A stretch of DNA of 64,000 nucleotides from Eledone cirrhosa (Eukaryota). The DNA lies in assembly GCA_964016885.1 (NCBI GenBank), contig OZ024743.1, positions 39,866,001 through 39,930,000 of the forward strand, read 5' to 3'. The notes below the pieces were generated by a model, which ran no database searches, was not told where the DNA came from, and worked only from the letters and a program-made list of their open reading frames with translations. Position numbers and translations under genes: made by a program. The stretch's first letter is position 1. Each line of letters opens with the position of its first letter. Below, piece after piece: positions 40,042 through 54,954 of this stretch.

Positions 40042-40082
40042 CCGGGAACAATTGTTTCACCTTAGCGGATCTTAAGCTCAGG
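40042..40082 (-). ncRNA. Hammerhead in the 5' pLTR, core mutated to CTTAAGA (G5U)
   Basis: Aligns to 37498-37537. Confidence 0.65.
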
Positions 40083-41567
40083 ATGTGTATGGTTATAGGA
40101 ACAGGAAGGAGAACCGTACGAACGCGCAGAAACTCGGTCACTTCACACAGGCAATACAAGACTGCGTGCGAGAGGTGTAAGGGAGATAACTGCAAAAATC
40201 CGGAAAGATTTTAGGTTGAAAATAAAATTAAATAAAATTTAAAATAAATATACGTATGTATATATATATATACATATTAGATAGATAGATATGTTTCTAT
40301 ATATTAGATAGATATATAGATAGATAGATAGATAGATATAGACATAGATAGATAGATAGATAGATATTTGCGAATTGAATAATCTTGAAATTTACTATCT
40401 ATCTATTCATAAAAGACATTCAATATATGCTCTTTATCCGTTTTCGTTTCTTCATTGATTTGGTCTGGTCACCAGTATTTGAGTATTGGTAGACAAGACT
40501 GCGTTTATTTCTGGGAGCAGGTATTTTTTGTTTTCAATAATGTTCACTAAGTAGGTTTTAACATTGATTTCTATATTATTTTGTTCCTGTATTTTATCTC
40601 GATTAATGATGAAATATTTTATGTAGGTTGAATTTTAGTTATTGAAGTCATATGTAAAGTTGACACCTGGGACAAGTTTCTTTGATATATTTCCTACATT
40701 TCTCAACAGATAGAAAATGTTTTGCCGCGAAATAACCTTGCACAATTCCTACTATGTGTGCGAGATATATGAATTAAATCTTAATTAAAATGCTTTGTTC
40801 TGCGTTGTAAAAAGGGGAAAAGGATAATACTGATTAAAATTACAATCACTTGGTAATAAGTGTGCAGCCACGAACATGGACGAAACAGTGTCACATATAA
40901 CGAACATCTGCAGGAGGAAAGAATCATAGGCGTTGTTATCTCACGTCAGCGCTTGCTGCAGGAGATTTTCAGACTAATCGATATGATGGATGTTCACAGC
41001 CATTAGAATGAAAGGAGTGAGAAGAAGGTAACATTTCATATGATGGGGTAAATCAGCAGAAACAGCCCCCAGTTGGATGTGGAGGGTGTGAGAGGAGATA
41101 AGCTAGAAGCCAACGGGGGACGATGGCCAGTAAATAATGATCCACCTACGAGAGGGAGTTATGATTAATGTTCAAAACACGTTAAATATCAACGACACTC
41201 GGTCAAATTTACCATAGGTAAATAAACGTAAGTTATATTTTTAAGATGTAAATATACTGACATGATTCTGGACAACCAATGACTTTCAGGAAAGTGTGAA
41301 TAGCAACTGAGAACGGCCCGTGATCTGGGAAAGGCAAATGACCTCCAGAATTGACTGGGGCGAGCATGCAAGGTTAGAAATATCATACACATCACTCGAC
41401 AGAGGGCACCAAGAAACCTACATATATCAATAGCGGACAATACCTCCTGATATCCTGAAAGTTTAGGTGAACGATGAGCGAGTCAAAATATCAAGTACCA
41501 TGATAAAAAGCTGGAACGAATTACTGAGAGGGACAATGTTCATTTAAACAGTATCAAATGGTGTGAT

Positions 41568-41661
41568 AATTGTTTCTACTATTGGCACAAGGCCAGAAAT
41601 TACCCAGTACATTACTGGTACTTTATTTTATCGACCCCGTAAGGATGAAAGGCAAAGTTAA
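41568..41661 (-). mobile_element. Partial SINE
   Basis: Reverse SINE core. Confidence 0.8.
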
Positions 41662-44600
41662 CAATGGTGTGATAATGACAGGGAAATGACATTGCAAATG
41701 GGCTTAAGATATACCAAATCAAGAGCATAAAAGAGTCATGGGTGCAGTGTACAGAGATATTAACATGTGAAGCACGCGTGAACAACAAACATAAATGCCC
41801 CACAGAATCGAAATCCCCCAGCATCGGTCTCCCCTCAAATACTCAGGAAGAACGTATTTTATACCTCCACAGAGTGCCAAATCCTTATTGGAGAGAACGC
41901 ATCAAATGGCCTAAAATGAGGGGGAACTATGAGTGACCTAAATGAGATAAAGATCTTAAGAGTATATTAGTTACAACAATTGCAGAAGCGGCTGAGTGGA
42001 TGGCAAATGTCTTCTCATTTATAACATATTCTAAAGGAAAGAGGGAAAGAGAATGAAGCAGCAAGTACAAGGAAAAGATAATTCCAGTGCCTGGAAAAGG
42101 AAATCAAAGCAGTGCACGTAAGCCCCTGACAGTGAAAGAGCAGGCTTCAAAGATCTATCTAGACAAATTCGAGGATGGTTATTCAGGATTTGATATGATG
42201 GGCTCATCCCCATGTAAATCATTTGATCCCATCGATGACTGAATGGCCCTTATTGTTAAACTAAAATCATACGTAGGACGGAACAATATGTATGGTTATG
42301 CAACCCTGTTTAACGTTCTCAATATGGCCGGTCGGATTTCCTCGAAATAACACGTCAGTCGTTTCCTGTAACAAGGCGTGGCAATACAGTTTTCTTGTTT
42401 TCCAGTTGCATTGCTAAATATTTGGACCATCTGTTAAATGGACCGACAAACCAGAAATCTGATAACAATTCCTAAGTATTACCCTCGATTGACTGTTCGT
42501 ACAATGAGAAGAGATTACTCGCAATAACTTTCAATACATTTGGAAAGCCGTATGGTCAGCATCTTATGTTAAGAAAGAACATTACTGAATAATATAAACA
42601 AAAAGACTTCTATCAAACGACATAGCAAATATTAGATATAAACCACGAAGCGACACTTAGTTGTTCCAACACACGTTTCATATCAATATGAGCTTTCTTG
42701 TTTAATTTTACATACTACACTTGTATTGTAGACTTGTTGTATAATATATCATTGCTATATTTTTCCATGTTTTCTTAAATTAAATAGCGAATATAATATT
42801 TTAAGTAAATATGTGATTGATTTCGGGACAATTGCTGCTATAAATCGTCTAAAATTACAACATTTTGTATAAAGGAATGTATTAAAATATGTTATTTTGT
42901 TTTTTCAGTACATTATATGATATATGTGACTTTCTTTCGGTATTTTAACTTAAGGTGTTTGTTTTATACAAAAATCACATTTACATTTTGATTCAATCTT
43001 GAATAACGTGTAAGTGCTAAAACGATTTTACATTACAAGCAATACAGACACAAAACAGAAATTTAAACAGAAATAAATCAACGCAATACAAAAAGATAGA
43101 GTCAGTCTATTTTGCTTCATCTTTTTGTTTCAAGATTTTTGCATTTTGCTTTGTTAGCCATATATAATCTACCACTAACTTTTTCACCTAAGCAGACAAA
43201 TCTACTATTATGAATATTTTACAATACCACTATAGGAAATCAATATCCATTTAAAATATTTTGGTCTCAGAACTTATGGACATCTATTTTGTACAAAATT
43301 CTTGCATTTTCATTGAATTTCTCAACGCTAGGCTTTTTTTTCAACAACTGTCTTTCTTTTCTTTATACATTATATTTATTTTATTCCAATCTGTCATTTA
43401 CCTGTTTAAACGTACAGTTTATTTTCGATATAAGTGAATCAGAATCAAGCAGGCTCATTCTTCAAAGAAACAATCAATAGTTAAGTGCTTCCTGCGAATC
43501 TTCACCACCACTTGTGTAAGAAGAGTGTTTCATTTCTCTAAGAACTAAAACGCAACAGCTACAATGGAAAACAGTGTTTCCATCAATCTAAAAACAAATA
43601 TCAGTCTGTTTCTCCGAGATAAAGTAACCCAAGAATAACTCATTTGCTTCATAACTACATTTTTTGTGTTCGTTTTGTTATTTTTATGTCATTTTCTTTC
43701 AATCGAGGTTAATCGAAAAGTTAAGGTAGCAACAACAGAATATTTTCCAACAAACTTATTAGAATGCGTTTACATAAAAAGCCTGAGGTAAAAACAATAT
43801 AGTAAATTATGTCGACTACAGAAAATATAATTATGTTTACACAGCTTGCTTTACCGACTTAATCGATAAGAACATTGTATTTTACTTACTGAAATACAAT
43901 TGTAAAATGCTTCTATACGAATATTTCACACATGTACTTTAAGATTCCTGCATTCTCTACTACCACTAAAATACCACTGCTAATTATAGCATTATATGAA
44001 CCTTTAATGTGGCAAATTTAGAAAAAGAAATACCCGAGAATTTGATACAGCAACCAATCATGTTTGAAATATAGCTGCTGCGTATATTGTAATATAACTG
44101 AACATGATAAATTTCAAAGAGTGATAATAGTTATTATGCTTGTCAGATTATTCTCCCTTAAACATTTGTTAATTAAAGAAATGATGTCACCGATATTAAC
44201 CTGCATTCAGTATATATTAATGTCAGTCACGCATTACATTTATATAAGTTTTGAGAGTTTTCCAAATAGAATATACTACTTATAATTTAACCTTCTATAC
44301 CAGTTGATATTTCTTTTAACTGGGACAAGGTTGTCTGTCCCAAAATATAGTCGTCTGTACCCCCTTGTATTACACAGTATATTCTAATGTTTAAATCCTT
44401 TTGATACCAAACTAGCTTAAATACCCCTGGTTTTTGCGATACAATGACCTTCATTTTAAAGTTTATATGCAATAAACTCAAGTCATAATTCATGTAAGAA
44501 ACCTTTTTAAACTTCATATCCCAAATGCCAGCTTAGAAATGAAATACACCGACACTTAGATAGTTTCTCAAAATATGTTGAAAATGACATATAATGTATT

Positions 44601-45354
44601 TATTTGGAAGTATGGTAAAAAAAGAAAAGGTGAACATTTTGTATGACGTTTTACGGGCACATATTGTTACTTTCGCTACTCTTTTTTATAATATTTAGTT
44701 GTTGCACGGCTGCAATATTTTGCAGTGCGACTCAAAGGAAAAAGAGACTGACATGCAAATGAACATAAAAGAGATAATAGAGGAATGAAGAAAGTGGTGA
44801 GACAGACAGTAAATGGAATGCATTGTTTCAAAATTATCATTTAAGGGTTTGTAATCATTTATGCATCTGTTTGTAATCCTTTATGCATCGACGCTCTCGA
44901 GACTATTACCCCTCACTTGATCAAACATACAACATATCGATGTTAACATTTTTTGCAGCTTTTTGGGATATCATTCTATAATTTCTCTGTCATGTGAAGT
45001 AATGCGAAATACATACCATACAAATATCATAGTTCATTTAGCAGTAATTAGTTTCTCATTTTCTTATTTTCATTTATCACAGATTTAATATTTTATATGA
45101 AAATATATTCTGTTTTGCGCTTAGGTAATCTTTCTATACAGGAAAATATAAAAAAACAACAAAATACAATCGCCATTCGCAATCAGATATGTCTTACTAT
45201 TTACCAAAACGGAGATTTCTCAGTCAGAGGGTATGACTGTTCGTATATCTGGTAACTGTAAGATGTATCATACCAAACCTGGAATTCAGACATTTAAATA
45301 CGTTCAACACTATTGCTCTCAATATCGACGACATGGATCCATTATCTATATATA

Positions 45355-45547
45355 ATTGTTTTTACCTTTGGCACAAGGCCAGCAAAATTACCCAGTGCAT
45401 TACTGGTACTTTATTTCATAGACCCCGTAAGGATGAAAGGCAAACTTAACCTCGGTGGGATTTGAGCTCAAAATGGCAAGGGCCGTAACTCTATGCGTCA
45501 ATGCATGGCGTGCGACCCTCTACCGATACTGAAAATCCATCGCCCCA
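45355..45547 (-). mobile_element. tRNA-derived SINE
   Basis: Reverse core and head. Confidence 0.85.
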
Positions 45548-46779
45548 TTATCTATATCATTGTCGGTGTCAAAGGGAATAATGATAATAATAAATCTGAA
45601 AAGGCAGATGAGTATCTTACAAAGAAGTACACCATAGATATGTCTCATATACTAGATATTTCAATGCTTCAAATCATTATATGGGCTATTGTCTTTAAAT
45701 GCAGTAGATCAGCACTGATTTAAATAAGATGCACAAATAACATATTCCTTGTAACACAAGCTTCATAGAAGCATCAATAGAAATGGAGATCTTTCAACAC
45801 ATCATCACGGGAAGGCAATAGCATTTTACTTTTGTATATAAAGATAAATTTATAAATCGATCGTTGTGTATAATGGATATTTATTCTGTAGTGGACAAAA
45901 AAATCAGTACATTCCATTAGTTCAGGATAGGTCATAATGCCCTCATTGTAAGTAACCAGTGAAACACGATTGTGTTTACCTATAAGAACCATTACAAAGT
46001 GTATTAAGTATTGAATGAAATAATTATGGTATGTATAGAATTGTGGTCAAATCTACATCGTCACTTTGCATCAAAATCTATCAGTAAATTAAAACTGTTT
46101 AGCTATAGGGCCGGCTATTAAATTAATGACTATGATGTAGCATGTGCCCGTTGAATTAACAAATAAATGCTATCAGATTTTGCGTAGGGAGGCTAGCCAA
46201 TCAACATCTTAGGAACGCTTTAATAATAGCAGGTATAAAAGTAATAATGAAAGTGATCTTGCATAATGTTATTTTATTGTTTTTCATATTATTATACTTT
46301 TAATCGTTTCTATATTTAAAAAAAAACATTCAGCTTTTATTACCATGATGTCGCATAGCTTAATGGTATTAGAGTTCACTGAAGACAGTAAGGGTGAGAG
46401 ATGGTTTCCTGGTGGCAGTTTGTGTTTTTGAACAAGATGCTCTGTTTCACGTTCCTCCAGTTTACTCAGCTTGCAAACATTAAATGCACCTTTAATTCAA
46501 AGGAATAATTTCGCCATACATTCTGTCTCTCAGAATATCCCTAAGAACTACGTTAATCGTATTCGTGTTAGTGGAATGTTGAGTTCATTACAAGTTAATT
46601 GGATGAGTAATGGTTGAGTGGGCCTTCTGGATGTAGGTGCAATTACCATTTATGTAATGTCCTTGAAATAGATCGAAACCGATAGGTGAAACTGTAACTT
46701 ATGATAATACATACATAGAGATGAAAGTACTCTCTGTTGCTGCCATACACACACATGCATATGTATATGTATGTGTATA

Positions 46780-46903
<124 letters not shown>

Positions 46904-47145
46904 GATAGAGTGTCCGTGATGTTTGAGCACGGACACTCTATCTCAAAATTATTTTTGAGAAGCATTTAGAAATGCGCAACCGGTAAAAACTTAAAAACTT
47001 AAAACCACAACTGAATACTAACCCATACAATCACTAATACTCTTTTATTCCTAATTAAACCATTTTTCAACTGTGAACAATTTGTCAGCATTTTCTATTC
47101 AGTTTACCAATATATAATAACTTGTGTGTTACACCTCTATTCTTT

Positions 47146-47220
<75 letters not shown>

Positions 47221-47254
47221 AAATTAATAATTAAGCGAATTAATAAGTAATGCT

Positions 47255-48842
47255 TGCAAGGAAGCCAGAGACATAGTCGTCAATGGCCCCTCACCCAATG
47301 ATCTCAAATTAAGACCTATAATAGCAGGCCCCGCTTGCAAAACCCACCGCCTTACCAACTTCAGTGATAGCCTTCTCAAGCCTTTTTCTCAAACACATCA
47401 AAAGCTATATAAGGGATGACCTAGATATTCTCAATCACCTCCATAATATGCCCCTTTCTGAACACACCCTACTAGTGACGTTCGACGTAATCAACCTATA
47501 CTCCAACATCCCCCACAACCTAGGAATAGAAGCTATCCAATTCTTGCTGGATAATTACCACAATGAACCCCACAACGCATCAAAACAGAATTCGTGATAG
47601 ATGGACTCGAATTTATCTTTGAGAACAATTACTTCGTTTTCAATAACAAACACTACAGGCAGAAATCTGGGACCGCTATGCGAACGGAAACAGCCCCACT
47701 TATGCCAACCTGGTCATGGGATACCTGGAAATCACCCTCTACACCAAAGTACTAAACACATTTGGAAACACTCTCCACTTACACATAGAAAGGAACTGGA
47801 AGCGATATCTAGATGACTGCTTCATCCTTAGGCGCGAAAACATCGAGAAACTTAAAGAATTTCACACCCTTATAAATGGGCTCAACACGAATATTTACTT
47901 CACGATGGAATACAGCCATCAACAACTCCCCTTCCTCGACATCCTCATTAATATTCATAACAAAAAAATAGAAACAGACATATACTACGAGCCCACAGAC
48001 TCCAAGCAATTTCTTCCTTTCAACTCTTGCCACCCTAGACACGTTAACATTACTATTCCCTACAACTTAGCCAAGAGAATCTGTACTATAGTCTCCAATA
48101 AAAACACCTGTTACTTACGGCTACAAGAACTAAAGGACACACTCATAGGCAGGGACTACCCTGCATCACTAATTGACAATGGAATCCAACGTGCCCTAAA
48201 GCTCAGTACCCAGGATCTTAGACACTCTAAAGTAAATCAACCGAAACTAAAAGCTCTTCCATACACAACCCCCTCAACAATAAGGCCTTTGACACCATCC
48301 TCGAGAACATCCCTGTGTTAACAAAGGACCATAGAATGAACCAAATCCTACGAACACACGATATCATAAAGAGCAAAAGATAATCTAAGTCAATGAAAAG
48401 CATCCTAACACATGCCAAAGTACTGCCAACCACAACAACGAAACCCACAGTAAAAAAATGCGATAGATCCAACTGTGGTATATGCATCAACCTAATAGAG
48501 GGTTCGGAATTCTATTTCAAAGAAGGACAACGTTTTATAGTAAAACACAATTTCACATGCGCATCAGAAAATCTAATATATGTATTAACTTGCTCAGGTT
48601 GTCGAGAACAATACATAGGCCAGAACCAAAACATCCTCCGCCAACGCATGTCTGTCCATAGATCCCAAATTAAAATACGGGAATACAGGAAAATGCCACT
48701 GAGTGAACACATTGATACCTGTGCCGCCCAAAATCATCCCTACTTCAGAATCTTTCGCCTCTACAAATTTAAAGATAATGCCACCCAAACCCAGCGCATC
48801 ACAAGGAATATAACTTTATTAACAAATACGGACCCCGTCTAA
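47255..48842 (+). mobile_element. Frameshifted Neptune-type PLE (RT + GIY-YIG), 5'-truncated
   Basis: LRPIIAGPAC; FDVINLYSNIPH; MGYLE; WKRYLDD; FNSCHPRH; CDRSNCGIC; NFTCASENLIYVLTCSGCREQYIGQ. Confidence 0.92.
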
Positions 48843-49382
48843 ACACTTCTCCCTAAGACGAACCCACAACATACACACGTCAACATACATACCTACATCA
48901 GCATACATCCTACATACATCTCTATCCACATATAAACAGAATGACATACGTAAACACACATGTTCTATGGTGCAACACAAATATACACAAATGTTCATAC
49001 CTTTTGATGTCTATAGACATAAACGTGCCGATACACACGCATACATATACGCACACATGCATCGCACACTGATGGGCACATACATATTTGTACACAAGTA
49101 TTCCAATACGGCAAGGCCTAATGGATTCACCTTGCATTACGTACAATCTGGACACTCACCCACACCTTGGTCTTATGCCAATACTATATATCATTTCACA
49201 CCTTTTACTATTAAGGTTTTTGATGTTCTATTGAGAGAATCGTTTTTACTGAAAATATCGAATAATGTACACCATTTTTACCAGTATCACAAAAATACTG
49301 GTCCACCCACACATACACACACACACACACATATATATGTATACCCACACACATACACACGCGTACATTAACATACAAAGAG

Positions 49383-49416
<34 letters not shown>

Positions 49417-50026
49417 TTCTCCGTATAGAGAAGAGCTGAAAAATATATTTTAACATGTTAAAATATCCCCCACACACGTACAGACACATTCCTACTGCCC
49501 GATCCCTCTAACACGAATTACTCTGCCACACACACACTTGTATTAATAGGCATTTGAACTGTCAGCAGGCTGCGTTTCGCACACACATTCCTACTGACCA
49601 TTATCACAACAACGAACCTCTTTACTACTACTACTACACACACACACACACATGTTTGTCTTGAAAGATTTAGTTTTCAGTGACTTCTCAATCAGCCGAG
49701 ACAAACCTACATTTGGCGCAAAATCAATTTTTAACATTCACATGACCTCTACCGACCAATCAAAATTGTTTTGACCACAAGAATGTTTTCATACATCTGG
49801 AGCCACTTTTTTTACATAAAACAGGTAGAATTTCCCAAACTAATCAGATTAGAGCAAACATCACGGGCGCTCTATCTCAAAATAATTTTTGAAAAGCATT
49901 AGAAATGCGCAACCTGTAAAACTTAAGACCAATACTGAATACTAACCAATACTATTACTAATTTTTACATATTCCTAATTAAACTATCTTTCACTAGGAA
50001 CAATTGTTCAGCTTTTCCTTTTACCA

Positions 50027-50117
<91 letters not shown>

Positions 50118-50132
50118 AATATATATATATAC

Positions 50133-50224
<92 letters not shown>

Positions 50225-50231
50225 GTGTATA

Positions 50232-50296
<65 letters not shown>

Positions 50297-50303
50297 GTGT
50301 ATA

Positions 50304-50362
<59 letters not shown>

Positions 50363-51261
50363 AAATATTATTATTAACTCAGTTAACTTAATTACTTACA
50401 TTAAATATAAACCAATATCCCTCATAATTCTTTAAAACAAATATCTATAACACATCTATCCATTTATATATCTGTTTATTTATTTATCTACTTATTGATA
50501 TATTATTTTATTTTTCTATTTCTACTTCTATTTATTTTTCTACTTATTTTTCTATCCATCTATTTTTCTATCTATTTATTCTTCTGTTTACCTATTTTCC
50601 TAACTATTTATCTTTCCATACATTTTTCTATTTAATTTTTATATATATTTATTTTCTATATATATCTATTTATTTTTGCATCTACTTATAACAGTAAATA
50701 TTATATTACAGAATAAATCAAACAACTAAATAATAGCAAATATACGTACCATTATTAGATATATACTTAAAATGTAGTTCCCCATATTTACGTTACTGAG
50801 TTCTATTCATCCTCTTGTAAATTTGTTCTCTCTATCTATCTCGTAATATTAATTTTTTTTCTCTCTCTCTTTTTATTCTCGCTCTTTCTTCCCCAACTTT
50901 CTGCAATGTCATTTAAATAAACGGTTACTTTATCAATTATTTACACATTGAATTGCATATTCACACATAAGTTTGAATAATCCCTAATATGTTTCCACTA
51001 TCCAGTGAATTTCTAACCGATAGGGTATGATTTTCATGGGTACGTCTCTATTTATAAAACAAACTTTGTATTTTATCTGATGGAATCTCACCAATGGTGT
51101 CTTGGTTGCGCTTGAAATATATATAAATAAATATGGTTTTATAAATATAGTTTCCATTTATTTAATATCATGTAATATTTACTTCAGTAAACATTTGAGG
51201 GCTCTAAATCAGTTATAAACGTTTATGTTTGTCGGACTTCCAACAAATTAAATACAACTTC

Positions 51262-51330
<69 letters not shown>

Positions 51331-51377
51331 AAAGAATAATAACAGGTAGACATCATAAAAAGGTAATTTATTCCGTG

Positions 51378-51489
51378 TGCTTACAAATGTTTCCACGGTG
51401 GTACTACAGCCTAGTTATGCTATGTGCAAATTTACAACTATTTGCAGAACTCAAATATCCAATGCTGTGACCACTGTATCCTCAGAGCA
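51378..51489 (-). ncRNA. Type I hammerhead with a very long stem II, in the 3' end of the Naiad at 51993
   Basis: Minus strand: tgct CTGAGGA tacagtggt-cacagc...gctgt-agt-accaccgtg GAAA catttg TA agca. Confidence 0.75.
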
Positions 51490-51992
51490 GAATGGTTAAA
51501 AGGTACAATGTAAATACCCTTAAGTGGGGTTGTTGGAGAAGATAGAGTAGAAAAGGAAGAGTGAAAAGTAGGGGAGAGGGAGAGAGAGAGAGAGAAAGAT
51601 ATGCAGGGGTTGGAGAAATAGGAGAGAGTGGATTGTAGATATCTTAATCAAAATGTTATGGTAGGGGTTTTATTATACTGGTTACTTTTGGAGAGATGCG
51701 TTGATAGTTAAGCTCGGAATTATTTATTGCCCCGGAGGTCAGATTCATAGATGTGGAGAGGGAGGGAGGTAGGCCAAAGGCGAGAGAGAGAGAGAGTGTA
51801 ATGGATGTAGAGAGAGAGAGCTAGAGAGGGGACAGACGAAGTTTATGTGGTGAGTGAACTTTGGGTTCGTAGTAGTAATCTGCGAATTGCACTGAGTAAC
51901 CATTTATAGTGATAAGCAGTGTATTGTCTTGTAGTGTGGGGGAAGAGAAGGTGGTTAGCTAGAAAGCGATGTTATAGTTACGGGTTCGAATG

Positions 51993-53392
51993 TTAAGTTA
52001 TTTTATAGTGAGAGAATTTAGCTTTTAGTTTGTGGTTGCAGTATAATGATCGTTCAATTCTATCGTTAAGTAGTTTGTTTTTGGATTTTAATATGTAAAA
52101 GAGTTCAAGGTTACATAACCTACAGTACTTCAATACACTCCGATATGCACTTGCGCTGGAAAGTATATCCCATTTTAAGGTGAACTGTTGGTTGCGTTCA
52201 CGGAGTTGCCAGGTCTTGTTGGCGAGCGTGGTCACAAAGCGGTGATTAGGATGTTTGATTGAGAATCGATGACGGTACCAGTGAGATTTAAACGAGGTGG
52301 TGGTAGATCCGATATAATACCATTTCTGGTCGTTCGATTCAACCGTGCATTGGTAAACAATGTTGGACTGTAGGCATTCATTCTTCAATGGACATCTTTC
52401 AAGTAGATGGCAGTTACATTCTTTGTTGTGGGTAGCGGGTATACCATGGATAAGTTGTGATAGCAGTAAAGGTGGATCGTGTAATACCCGTCTCCCATTT
52501 AGTGGTTGGGAGGCAGATATTACGTTCTGCCCATCTGTTACTAAAATATTTTGTTTTGTAGTGTTGTTTAATTGCTTTAAGTTAAGTTTTTTTATGTATG
52601 CTTCAAGGTTTGGTGCCGTGGAGTATGATAGTCTAATAGTTTTAGAGTTCAGAATTGTGCTGTATTTATGGGAACTAGGGAAATGTTTGTTGATTAACTT
52701 AAAGAATGAAAGTGATAGTTTTGTACTAATCGAGGCATTAAAAATAGGATTGTACCAGATATACTTTCTACAACGTGATTTATTTGGTGGTAATCTTCTA
52801 TTATTAGTATGTCTGGTGGTACTGTGTGTGCGCGCTTGTATTTTAGTCCCCCGGTTACGTATCCCTTTATTTCGTGTAGAGCTATGTGTGTTATGGAGAT
52901 TCCTATCAATGTATTCTATTGTATCACGATGGTCGGTATTCCCTAAAGGCATTATTATAGTAATCAGCGTGTTCACTAAAAATATCAGAGTTAGACGATA
53001 GGCGAGAGATTCTAAGAGAAATACTCCGGGGAACCGATTTCATCATGGAGAGTGGGTGGTTTGAGTTAAAGTTAATATACGTAAGGTTCTCATTCATCTT
53101 GTGGAATGGTCGTATCTGACCGGTATTTATATTAAGAGTTACGTCCAGAAAGTTTACTACTTTAAGATTGTATTCGTATGTTATTTTTAGACCCAGTTCA
53201 CTAAAAGATTTTCTAATATTTTTCCGTAGCCTTTCAAGATTTTGGTTATTCAAGTTATTAACTAATAAGAGCCCGTCATCTCTGTATATCCCCCCTGTAG
53301 ATTACTAAGTTTACTATGTATTATGTGAGCTATATAAATTCCCACAAGATCCGTGACCTCCGCTGAGTCGTTGGAACCCATGGTAATGTCGA
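51993..53392 (-). mobile_element. Naiad-type PLE, 5'-truncated, with the endonuclease region open for 327 codons
   Basis: [15 protein letters not shown]; GIYRDDGL; NFLDVTL; SNHP; IWYNP; CNCHLLERCPLKNEC; YYIGST; CRLCNLE. Confidence 0.92.
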
Positions 53393-53404
53393 AAATATAC
53401 ATAC

Positions 53405-53454
<50 letters not shown>

Positions 53455-53472
53455 TTATATATTATATATATT

Positions 53473-53543
<71 letters not shown>

Positions 53544-54034
53544 GTTGTATATATATATATATATATATATAAGTTGTATTTATATATATATATATATAGG
53601 AGTAAGTAAGACCCCGACGGCTGAGCTCATGCCGTTTCGACGGCTAATTCTATACTGAATGAAAAATCAGTTCTGGTATTTAAATAGCCGAACTTGTCAA
53701 GGGGCAATTCCATATATGGTCAAAGAGATAATCACCAGGATAGGTCATCCCACAGGGTAGTAGTAATTCAGCGATGGCAAGTTGGTGGGGGAGGTAGCCA
53801 AACCTGCCAGTAGGAGAAAAGGGGAGAGGGGGCGGAGTAGACCCATTCCTGCGCTGGTGGTGCCAGCAGCTACAGCTGGGTGTGAGGTCAAAGAGGAGGC
53901 AGGGGAGGGGGAGGGGGAGGAGGAGGAGGTCAATACGGTAAGTAGAACGATGAAAATGTAAAACAGTAAAAGGTACTGGGAGAGAAAAGAAATATAAGCG
54001 GAATCTGGTAACTAAGAAATAGGCTGAAGAAATA

Positions 54035-54360
54035 CATAAATAAGTAAATAAGAAATACAAAAATAATATTCCACATAAGTAAATAAGAAATACAAAAAAT
54101 AATATCCCACATAAGTAAATAAGAAATACATAAAGAATATTCCACATAAGTAAATAAGAAATACATGAATAATATTCCACATAAGTAAATAAGAAATACA
54201 TAAGTAATATTCCACATAAGTAAATAAGAAATATGTAAATAATATTCCACATAAGTAAATGAGAAAATATTCCACATAAGTAAATAAGAAATACATAAGT
54301 AATATTCCACATAAGTAAATAAGAAATACGTAAATAATATTCCACAAGAAATACATAAGT
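54035..54360. repeat. ~35-bp minisatellite, ~9 copies (AATATTCCACATAAGTAAATAAGAAATACATAAGT), in a PLE 3' UTR
   Basis: Units at ~54065, 54101, 54136, 54171, 54206, 54241, 54266, 54301 and 54336. Confidence 0.93.
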
Positions 54361-54406
54361 GAGTAAATAAACAAATAAGTGAGTAAAAGGATGGATAGAT
54401 AGATTT

Positions 54407-54437
<31 letters not shown>

Positions 54438-54954
54438 TGTAGAATAAAAAGAATAAGAAAACAAATGATAATGGTAGAAAAAAAACCTAGGTGTGACGGA
54501 GAAAAAGGGACCCTTGTGCAGGGTATAAGTGCGTGTATCGTACGGTGACGGGTCAACAGAGGGGGTCGTCGGAGTACTACAGAGACCACCAAGAAAAAAA
54601 TAAATAAATAACGGTTTCTACCCCAAACACCGGGCCAGCAACCAACCAGTGCAAGAAAGTAGACTAGTACGAGAATGTGATTCAGGGTCCCGCAAAAAAA
54701 TACTGGTGCTAACTCTAAGGGTACCGCCACGAAACAAAAAGTCTTATACAAGCTACAAGAAAAGTCGTACGAATTAAAAATAAAGAACGGAAAATTAATA
54801 CAGGAAAAAGGGAGAGAAGGGAAAAAGAAAGAGATACTGGATCGATAAAAAAAGGTGTAAAAGAAGATCTTACGTCTCCATAGGCAAGCAGGGGTTACCC
54901 ATTACAAAATAGGCAAGTGGGGTGTTATAGGCTAACCCCCCCCCCCCCGGGATC

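Larger units (their letters stand above)
37469..40249 (-). mobile_element. Structurally complete Naiad-type PLE between two ~240-bp direct pLTRs (37469-37710 and 40012-40249)
   Basis: Both repeats begin AGTGGTTACACAACAGTTAGTTCA; disrupted ORF between them; 3' end abuts (TA)n. Confidence 0.92.

Noticed and set aside
40800-42500. Higher-complexity stretch that may be an old LINE
   Set aside because: No diagnostic motifs recovered by eye.
44287-44517. 76-aa ORF in comparatively unique sequence, a possible host exon
   Set aside because: No recognisable domain or supported splice structure; needs BLASTX or RNA-seq.
54035-54360. Hydrophobic repeat ORFs of 221-273 aa
   Set aside because: Frame-cycling translation of a 35-bp minisatellite.
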